Positions 11,601 through 23,200 of a stretch of 64,000 bases of DNA are shown one piece after another; position 1 is the first letter of the stretch, and every line of letters starts with the position of its first letter. The translations under genes and the position numbers were made by a program. This DNA comes from Octopus sinensis (lineage: Eukaryota): positions 17,298,001 to 17,362,000 of the forward strand of contig NC_043003.1 of assembly GCF_006345805.1 (NCBI RefSeq), read 5' to 3'. The notes under the pieces were generated by a model. It did not search any database. It was not told the DNA's origin and saw nothing but the letters and a program-made list of their open reading frames with translations.

Positions 11601-14411
11601 TACTACCAGTATTATACAATTAATTTGTATTATTAATGTAAACTAATAAGTAAAAGAAAAATATAATTTAAATTATTAAAATTGGCCAACTCCTTCACCA
11701 AGTAAATTATTCCAAAATATAGTTTTAGAATTATTTGAATATGCTAAAAATAATACAATTCTGGTTAAAATTCAAGAACCAACATCAAAAATAGAAATAA
11801 ATCATTCAAATAAATTTCTAATAACTTGGTATATGTTTGTGGAAGTTTTGTTCCATCCGGCTTGGTATTTCATGGTTCAGGGTTCAAATCTCTGAAGAGT
11901 GAACTTTGTCTGTGATACTTTTGGCTATTAATTCACTTAATCTCTGACAAAATTGGCCAAGTATCAAATTCGCGGAAATCATTATATTATTATAAATAAT
12001 TTTCTGTAGGTAAATATTTACCATCATTCATATGGGTTTTTGTTTTCATAAGTAGATAATCTAGTATTATCTGTTGTTGCCTATTTTACTATGGCAATAT
12101 ATAATAGTACAGTGAGGTTAGAAAAATCATTAAATATTTTTCTAATATTTTTGTGTTGTTATTTACTTCTTTTTCCAGAAAATCCAAGAAGTAAAAGTTT
12201 TTACTAAATGTATTATATTTCTTTTCTCTTTTTTTCCGCTGTTTTATTTTACAAGATTTCATTTCCTTTTTTAAATTTTTATAATCCATTTATTTTTTTT
12301 TCCTACTAATAATCAATTACCAATTTATTTATACTTTTCTTTTTAATGAGTAAAAGCTATTTAAATATACACATACATGGCGGTGCCCCAGCATGGCCAC
12401 AGCTCATGAGCTGAAACTAGAATCAATCAATCATACTCAAATTAAGAATGCACATGTGGAACACACAGTGACTGCTACAATAATCATAGTAATCATGGAC
12501 AACTATAATAATTGCTTGCATTATTAATTATTAATACAAATCCAGAATAATACAAAGAAGTCAGTAAATGATAATGGCGATTTGAATGCAAGAAATATAT
12601 TTGGAAAAGTAGCAAACAAAAGAAAATTCTCTGATTTAAATAATCTGTAAATGTACTGTTACATGGGTAACAGTTATCTAAATTACACTGCATGATAAAT
12701 GTTTAATTTTTTGCTTTTAACACTAAAAATATTCATATTTTTTTGAATCTGGCTTATAAAATATTTTCTGTCATAGTTAAATTGTCTTTTTTTTAAATAA
12801 TGTTTTAAATTATGTATAATTGACAAATCTAAGAATATTTCAAATCACAATAAAAACAAACTGATATCAGCATTTCAGCATAAAGATGAGAAAAGAGCAT
12901 GATTTATGTAGTTGATCAGTCTTCAATCAAACTTCACTACAATGGCAATGCGTATGTTCATGAAAAACATTTATTCTACATTTATTCAATAAGAAAATAT
13001 CTTTCACTATTTTGCCTTATGAAGAATATCAGATTTTCACATTTTCTCATTTATTCACTGCACCTTTGGAAATTGTAGTTGATCATAAGCCTTAAAAGTG
13101 TTATATTATGTATATATTCATTCTATATATTTTGGATATCAAATTTTATACTTTCATTAATATCTAGTCGTAAGGCAGCATTGTTTTTTTAGTAGCAAAC
13201 ATTTTAACTTTGCCAATATGTGTTTTGGTTGCAGTACCAATTAAATATCTTTTGGATAAGGTAAATACACGTAAAAAGTAAGTATAAAAATGTCTCCCAA
13301 TGAGAAAAGTATTAGATATGAAAAAATACGGCATAAACTGTAACTCTTGAATATGGGACATGGCCGTTCGCAATGATCGTTTCTGTAACACTTTGCTCCA
13401 ATATCTGTCTTTCCTATGTTCCAGTTGACAAATCTGGTAGGAGATTGTCTCAGATTGAGCTGACACGTATGAGTTTGAAGAAAACTGAGAAGGCTGGAAG
13501 TGATAGTGAAGATGAAAAGGTAAGGTTTTGGATCTATGATAATTGCTATTTCATCATTCATTTTTTTTTTTTAGAAATATTGCATGAATATTCTTTGTTA
13601 ATTTAAATATTTTTTTATTTAATCAAGATTGAAGAACACATATAAATTTAATTGCTAAATATAATTGCTAAATTTAATACGTTTCTTTTCTTTTCATACA
13701 GCCCTCCTATACTTTTGGTGATTCAGTTATAGAATATATTTGATATAATTTTAAGTTGTAGAAATGTTCAAACGTGTTTGTGTATAGACACAAATAGACA
13801 CAGTAAACAAATGTGTACCACAAATAAATTTCTGATTTTAATATATTACCATGCATTTATAAATAAGAAAAGGAAAATAAATATATTAAAACATATTACT
13901 TTATTTGTGGAAAATACACACATGCACAAGTATTCACTTTGTTGAGTTTTTCAGCATTTCTGTTTAGACGTTTTAGTTATTTAGAGACCCTATCTTTCAA
14001 GAATTCTCAATTACCTTTATTTTATCATTGAAGTTATTTATTTGCTAATGTCATATTCTGATATGACATCATCACACACACACACACATCATGTATCACA
14101 TAAGATATTAAAAACTTTTTTTAATTAATAGAGTCAACTAAACAACTCCAGTATAAAACTTAATTTGATTATTATAAATTTAAAGTTCATAGAACCTTTG
14201 ATGCACCAAATAATTCTTGAATTATTCTATTTGTGTTTTCTGTTCCTGTTGTTCTAATCAAAAATTTTGAAAAGCTCAACTCAAATTTTAGGGAAAATTA
14301 TTTCATATATTTAAGCAACATTAATTAGATGAATAATTGCTTTTAATATATACTATTAAGTGCTGCGTGCGCGAGCGACTGCGGTGCTGCATACAGATAT
14401 ATCAAGCTTAC

Positions 14412-14466
<55 letters not shown>

Positions 14467-15209
14467 GTGTATGTCTTATCCTATATAAAAGTGTGTAATA
14501 TAAAATTATATACATGTTAGCAAAGGATAATATATTCATGCCTATTTTTGAAAATAGTGATAAGAAGAAAATATATTGTCTTCCTCAAGAAATATATACA
14601 CAAAACATTACTTACAAATAAGTTGTATAATGATGCACTAAATAAGTCTATTTCACCTTCATCTTTCTATCTTTTCTGAAACCCTTTTTAATATATACAC
14701 ATACACCTATATATTCATTTTAATGTTATATTATTATTCTAAATTATCTATAATCAGCACTTAGGAATTCTATGTTTATTATCAAGTGTTTGATCTCTGA
14801 TTAGACTATATTAAATTTAGATTCTATCCATTTTTTCATATTTCACTGCATTTTCCAATAAACTAGAGTTCTGAAGGTAATTTCATCAACTATACACATA
14901 TCTTGTTTGATAGCTTGCAGGTAAAGCAATAAAATTATCTCCAAACTTTGATAAAATACTGCTGATGAATTATACTTTGAATATAATGATATATCCTTGT
15001 CTTCTTATCTTCATTTTACATTTGTGAAGAGCTCATGTCTTCAGGTATCAACTTTTTAAAATGTTGCTTGTTAATAAGCAACTATAAAGTTGTTCAAAGT
15101 ATATATTTGCCTTTATGATAAATACTTCTCTAAATGTACATTTGCTTCCAAAAGTTGTTTTAAAAAGAAAAGTAAATAAAAAATTTCATGTTTAGTAAAT
15201 TTAAAACTA

Positions 15210-15246
<37 letters not shown>

Positions 15247-16550
15247 GTTATTATTATTATTATTAGTGACTTACACTCACATAAAAAAAATGAAGCACCA
15301 TCAACGGAAAGGATTTTAGATTTTCAGAAGTGAGACAGGAAGAAGAAAATATTTAGCTTTTAATATTTTATACAATTTTTGCTTTTTCTCCCGAAGCTTT
15401 GTTGTTTATGAAGCATTAAATGTCTTCAACTTATATACCTCAAACACAACGTTCAAAAAGCAGGTTTCTGCGTATCAACCTTTGCAGGTACAATTTATGG
15501 TCCCTCTATTGTTGCTTACAGTAGCAGTGGTAATATATATGTTGCTAAAAATGGCTATGTTGACTTGAAATAATAACCTTAGCTGCAATCTATGAATGGT
15601 AGTCATAGAATTCTAATCTATTACTTAATGCTATGTAAATTTCTTATTATATTCTATTAATTTAATACTTACCTTTCTTGCTCTTATCTAAGTTCTTAGG
15701 ATACTTCTACCTGCACATTTCACTTTAAGTATTGTACCTGAAATAAATTTTAAAATTCACTATGCTTATTATTACTAATATTTTAGTCATTAATTTCAAC
15801 TCATAATTTGAACAATTTCATCACTGATAATGGAAAAGCAATTAAATTTGTAATAAATTAACATTTTTAGTCATCACTCATTATTAATTACCAAACAGAA
15901 TCCATCCTTTAAAGACAATAACTGTTGTCTTCCACACAGTTTTTCTTTTATAAATAATTATTATTTTAGCATAAAATATGATAAGCAAACTCTTTACCAT
16001 ATTTGCTTTATATGGCTGTTTGGTAGAACATTTCCCCAATAGCTTCATCATATTCTTTCACCTACACAACTCTATATATACTGGTATTCTCCAATGATCT
16101 GCTGTCTTTCTTCTGATAAGTTATCTTCTCTCCATCAACATGAACTTAAATTACTTTCATGTAACTGACATAACTTTCTATTTTTCTATATACTTTAAAT
16201 TCAATTAATTGTTCCTTACTTGCATATCTAGATCAGTAATCGACATCAGCAACAAAACAAAATGACATATCTACATACACATATATAGAACTATATATAG
16301 AAAATTAAGATATCCTAAAACTACTGTAGAAATTAACTGTTATTAGTTAAAAACTGACAAAATTAGTATTTATTGCTTTTTACACTGCACATTTCTTCAT
16401 TGCATATTTAGTGTTTAAATTTTATACTTAGGCTTGAGTGCTTCTCCATTTTCAAGTGTTTCCAGAACAGAAACAATAAATACAAAAACATTTTCCTCCA
16501 GTTCGATTTAAAAATTAGTTCTGTTAAAATAATCATCCACTTTTAAAATG

Positions 16551-16583
<33 letters not shown>

Positions 16584-16716
16584 ATATTAATAAATATAAG
16601 GGTAGCAAAAAATTCTAGAAAAAATTCACCACTTCCAGCAGTCCAGCGAGAAAGAAAAGATAGTCAAAGACTATATAATATACTTTCAAAAATATATATA
16701 TTTTTCAATGTATATT

Positions 16717-16776
<60 letters not shown>

Positions 16777-17004
16777 GTATATATATATTGTTATCCTGTT
16801 GTGCCAACAAAGAACTTATGAAATATTTTGCCAGGACTGATAATCCCTCACTGAAACTGAGTATTAACATTTTGGTTAATAACTGAAGAAGAATTAGGGT
16901 CCTTCTGTGTCTTCTACATATACATTTTTTAGTATTTAATGTATTTTTTCATTTATTGAGTAATTGAATGGCATGCATCCAGATTTTTGTTAACAGTAAG
17001 TTGA

Positions 17005-17044
<40 letters not shown>

Positions 17045-19143
17045 GATGTCATAAGAATTTATAAACATCAAGAGAATATAAAATAATTTGGGTGGTGGAA
17101 AACATTAGATCTATAAATAATCTATAAATAATAGCAGGTAGATCTTGGGTTTAAAAACGTATGGAGAGAAAAGGTTGAAGGCTGTCCATATAACAAGCAT
17201 TCTACCAATAGACCAAAGCAATCCATTTCAGAAACTGTATTCTCACCAGTAAGAATTGTATGTTGTCATAATACAAATTTACAAATTTGATGGGAATGTA
17301 AAATAATTATTTTTGGAATGCTAACACCTCCTGAAATATGTTGTCACATAACACAGAATCATTTAAAGACAAACTGAATATAATATCAAAACTCAATTTG
17401 CTTTTACTTTTAAATAGAGATATCTTGACAAGACTGATATTTTAACTAGAATTGGATAAAATATATTTTTATATAATCAGATAAAATATATTTCTATAGA
17501 ATAAAAGAAAACCCATGAAAATTGGCATAATACTTTCACACTTGAAAAATATCAAATAATATTATTTTGCAGAATTTTAAAAAGGATTTTAAGAGAAACA
17601 GACATCTTTAATATTATCAAAAACTTATGATGTTACTTATTCATATTCATATTACTTTAAACATTGATTGAGATGTAAATTTTAATCCCAGAGCCATCCA
17701 ACTCAATTAAAATTTAGTTTAATATGAACTATTTTTTTTATATTTATACCTTTCTATGTTACGTCCCCTATCATGAGAAGCATTCATAATATTAAAAATA
17801 TGCAATTTTGAATGTGTTCATTAAATGTGCCTATATGTGTACTGCTGCAAGCTAACTAAATACTACCATTTTTCTTTCAAGACATTACTTTCATATCATA
17901 TATCACAATGCTGGCAACCTGGTAAATTTCTAACTATCACATATGTATGTATATATATGTGGTGTATGTGAGTATGTATATATATATATTTGTGTATATA
18001 TATATGTATATACATATATATATGCATATATATATACATATATATATAAATATATTTACATATATATACACAGACACACATATATACACAGACATATATA
18101 TATATATACATACATACACACACACACTCATATATATATCAAATGTTAGTGAATGCACATAAAATAGCTATCTAACATAATTTGTAAGCATTTGGAGGAC
18201 TATTAATTAATGCATAATGAGGCACAATCAGTAAGTTTTGTAAAATTGAAATATATGAACGAGAATCTATATAATTTGTTGCCACCTATTTATAAACAAA
18301 AAGCATTTCAAATGCTTTGTTGTTCGACAAACATACAGATACTCAAAAGTTAATTTTTGAGACTAATGATTATTTGTAACCCTTAATCCTTATTATAGAG
18401 TTATTCAATGTTAAAATATTAGCGTGTAGACATAGTTTATTTCACAAAATATATTACTTATAGTACGAAATAGTCAAACTGAAAATTAAACAAACTAGTT
18501 TACTTTGCAAATTGGCTACTTTGTAATATTAATGTTTGAAATAATTTGGTTATATATTGTATATGTGATGACAAGTAATATCAGTAATAATCCAAATGTC
18601 TATTATAATCCATCACTTTGCTTTTAAACCTGTTGGGGGTAGAGGTCAATGAAATAAAGTTCCAGTCAAGTACTAGGGTTTATAGTAGAAGGCCAGCAAT
18701 TGCTGACCTAGCACATAAAGTAGAAACCATTATTATTATTATTATTATTGGAAAAAGCACCATTCAAATGTGATCGTTACCAGCGTCGCCTTACTGGCAC
18801 TTGTGCTGGTGGCACGTGAAAAACATTCGATCGAGGTCGTTGCCAGTGCTGCTGGACTGGCTCCTGTGCAGATAGCATGTAAAAAACACCACTTGAGCGT
18901 GGCTGTTGCCAGTACCGCCTGACTGGCCCTTGTGCCAGTGGAACGTAAAAGGACCCACTACACTCTGGGAGTGGTTGGTGTTAGGAAGGGCATCCAACTG
19001 TAGAAACTCTGCTAGATCAGATGGGGGTCCTGGTTCAACCATCTGGTTCGCCAGAAGTCGGTCAAATCGTCCAACCCATGCTAGCATGGAAAGCAGTGGT
19101 TAAACGATCATTATTATTATTATTATTGTTGTCGTTGTTGTTG

Positions 19144-19178
<35 letters not shown>

Positions 19179-20188
19179 TATAAATAGAAAAAGGTGGAAA
19201 ACTAAGTCCATAATTCTTAGATATTAGACACACACACACACAAACATACATATGCATTCAATATTGAAAATTGGGTTTAAATCCCAAATGGTTTTGGGTG
19301 TTTACTAATATGTAGCATTTAATATTCATAGACCATTAATTATAGTCCTCCATGTGTATGAATTATCTAAATTTCTTCCTATTACCTTAATGAAGAAACG
19401 CAAGCATTTAAAACTCATTCACAGCTTTTATAATGATAAGTGCATTTTTTTCCTCTCAAAGGATTACACCGACGATGAGGATGAGGCTGGCGACAGGAAA
19501 AAGGCATGTTTCACTCAAGTTTCTGGCAGAAACTTCCCTAGTCTGTGGACTCTTGCTCGCGCGTGTTGTGTGTCTGTATTTAGAGTAGTTCACTAACTTA
19601 ATATTTATTGATTTTGAATTTGTTTGTTGGGATCATTAAGCCTATGGTTGATACGTTGTTGTTTTAATACACAACATTCAGGAAAAGGAAACAAACATTA
19701 AAAAAAAAAGAAAAAAATCTGAAAATCTTTTATGAAGAACGGAAATATTAGCTCTTAGATTAGTATTCATGTAGAAAATTATTTTCGTTTCTATAATATT
19801 CACAAGAATACTAATTTTTCAAATGACAGAAAATAATATCTCTCAGGCAGGATTTTCTGATTTTTTTTCTTTTATCATTAATATATACTTCCTGAAATGT
19901 TACACTGAAATGTTATTTTTGAGAAGTTGCAAGTTTAACTTTAAGTTTATAATTCAACACTATCTTCCAGAATAGGTGAGTACTTGCCTTGATCTATTTG
20001 ATATATCATTTCTTTCCTTTTACCATTAATTCCTCTGAATTGAGTGATAGACTATTTCATCAGAATTATGTACATCATATTTCATTGCTCATGTATTTTA
20101 AGATTGATGAAAATTTTATTGAAGCACATTATCAATATCATGTACATAATACTTATTATTTATATTAGAATGTAAGGAAATAGTCAAG

Positions 20189-20226
<38 letters not shown>

Positions 20227-23200
20227 CAACTTCTGAAATGTTACTTTTAAGCTATAGGCAATCCATCCACCTAACTACATAGCTAACTGGCTCAGTAAAA
20301 TATTGAGGCATTCTGAATATTGGATAACTTGGTTTATCCCCTTTAAAAACATGAAAATAAATAATTATATGACTAATAAAAATGTTCATATGATTTATTA
20401 AATTTATCCTTAATAATACACTAAATCGTTTTTTGCAACAGATTTAAGTAAAATTAACTATTTTTATGTCACCATCACTTTATATCAATATTTTACATAA
20501 ATCTACCTTTTGATTTAATATCAGATGACTTTAGTGGAGTACACTATGTTGTTAGTATTTGAACCAGAACTCTGGTTTGGGGATAACTTCGTCCTACCAG
20601 TCTTAGGGACTATCACTTGACAACCAATGTTGCTGTGTTTACATCCCCGCTACTTGGTGGTTCAGCAAAAAGAGACCGATAGAATAAATCCTGGGGTCGA
20701 TTTGTTCAACTAACAGCAGTGCCCCAGCATGGTCGCAGCTAAATGACTGAAGCAAGTAAAAGAATAAAAGAATATGAATAAGTTAATATAGTTATTGAGT
20801 AACATTGAAATATTGTAAGTAAATTTGTGACAAGCTAAGCTGGTTACCCAGGTCAGCTTTCCAACTTTAGCTATTTTCCAGACTATCTAGCTTACATATT
20901 ATCCACAATATTTAGATCACATAGTTTAAGTTTCATTTAATTCTTAGTAACTGTTGTTAATATTTATTGCTCTTTCCTTCACTTTTCACTCTGCACTCAT
21001 ATTCAGAGGAATTTTATTTTATCAGTCTTTCTTTTAGTATTATAATTCTTCAAATGGAAATTGGTTTTGAATTGCTCTTAGTTTCTTAAGTTAATTAGAA
21101 AGACTTTTGTCAGTGTGGTTGTAAAGTGACTAACAGTAACAAAACGTAATTTTTGTTGCTATTTTAAAATAACAGGAAATATGACTCAACAAAAAAATTA
21201 GTGTATCTGCTAAAATGAGTTACAGACAAACTTATCTATTCTGTTTTTTGAAGAACAGTTATAGTTAAGTTACTGTATGGTGTGCTACAGTTAATATAGC
21301 TATTATTTAAAGATATGTTTATGTAGCATAAACAATCTTTCACATGTGTAGCACATCATACAAATATGGAATATAAAACAAAAGTAAAATAAGAGAATCA
21401 ATTGTAATTTTACAATTGATGTCTCTCATAAATTAAGTTTACCTTTTGTCATTACTTATAAAATTAAAATTGTATATTTTTGAAGTTTATCAAAAATATA
21501 TAATTTTAAATTTATAAGTTTTAATTAATGTTTATTTTGTACTGTTAGACTAAAATAGATTTGAGATCTGCCACATTATACAGTGTTCACTGTGTGGTTT
21601 TCTTTTTCTGTTTTTTTGTTGTTGTTTGGATTGGTTTAGCTTGTTTTGTTGTGTTACATTAAATATGTCTGGGTTTGTCAAGTTGTCTTTTTGTGTGTTT
21701 GTAACTGTCTTTTATTCCATCATGCAATGTGTAAAGCATAAATATCAGGCCTTTATTGTAATTAAATCTCAGGTGTGATTATATAAATTCATTAAGAAGT
21801 AAGTATATTTTAATTTTTAGCATCTCTTTTGCACAGGTGCATTATTTAATTCTATTTTTCATGTCAGATTTCCTTCCACAGAAATATTCAACACGAAGAA
21901 ATGCTTTTGTCACTTATTTTTCTTTCTTCCCTTTAATATCTTCAAACTTTATTTTTTGCTTTATTCAGCAGGAAATCTAGAATATTCTAGTCTTATTTTT
22001 TTTATTAATCTATTTTATATTTTGATTTATGTATATGCATTCATGATATACTATTGTGATCTACATCTTCCTCAAAGAAATCTAAGCATATCCATTTTAA
22101 AGGAACCAGTGATTCAACCCAAATATACTTAACTTACATACTTTAAGAGCACAGCATGAATTTTGAGCTTCTTTTCTTCCCTTCACTTGCTTTTCTTTTG
22201 ATCATAGCTGACAGAGCGCGTGTGAATCCTTTAAACCTATTTGTTAATCCCTATGTAAAAACTTGAGACCCTAAAATAATCACATTTAAGATTTGAAACA
22301 TTTTTTCATTGTAGTTTATTTTAATACCTGCTTTTTCCAGTAACAGATATAAAGACAATAAATGCCGATATCACCTAAATTTAAAAATGCATTTTTTTTG
22401 TAGTCTACTTTATTATCTACCACTACCCATATGATGAATTCTAGATCCTGAATAATTAAAATTGTTTGAGAAATAATACAAATTTTGCAACTATGAATAT
22501 TTCGGATGCAGTCAATCTACATTTCTCAATGTAATTAAGATACAAATAGATTTATAAATAGAATTATGAGTATTAATCTGGCTTTTTGATTAACCCACTG
22601 TGTATGATGAAGTGAATCATATGATTATTTCAGGTAAATGAAGCAAGTGTTTCACTTAAAATTCTACTAATATATCTATATCAGTCTTAAAATGAATGAT
22701 CAGCCTGTTCACTCATCATCATCAATTTCATCATCATCATCGTTTATTGTCCGCCTTCCATGCTGACATAGGTGGGACATCATATAAATCATCTCAAATC
22801 ATCTGTAACACCAAAGACTGAACAGATTAAATATTTAATTCATAGTCTCATTGTGGGTATCATAGTTTAAAGATATCAGCCAGTCTTAATATATGATATA
22901 AACCCTTTCAATACTAAACTCTAAAAACTGATTCCTCTTCATGGTCAAGACAAAAAGAAAAATAATAATAATTTAACAAACGAATAGAAAACTGCTGCAA
23001 TTATGATGAAAGTCAAATCAATTATGTTTAACAATATCAAAATATCAAAAACAGAAAGCATTTATTTCTATTTGTTATAAAATCAAAAGTGAAGGCATTA
23101 CATGTATTTTCACATGTATTTCAAAATATATTGAAGAGACATACATAAAATTCTTCACTTTGAATCAGCTTCACATATCTACAATCTGGTTTTGAAGCTT

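Noticed and set aside
13079-13100. Acceptor followed by TT GAT CAT AAG CCT TAA (VDHKP*), echoing the start of w4
   Set aside because: Weak pyrimidine tract, no donor and no poly(A) signal; likely coincidence.
15464-15487. 24-nt in-frame segment VSAYQPLQ between cag and gtacaa
   Set aside because: The acceptor lacks a pyrimidine tract. Longer versions need a frameshifting partner, so support is insufficient.
10259-15745. Two antisense exon-like units (tttatttcag...AG|gtaag on the minus strand at ~10264-10440 and ~15673-15737)
   Set aside because: Stops in all frames and plausible by chance. An antisense lncRNA cannot be supported without stranded RNA-seq.
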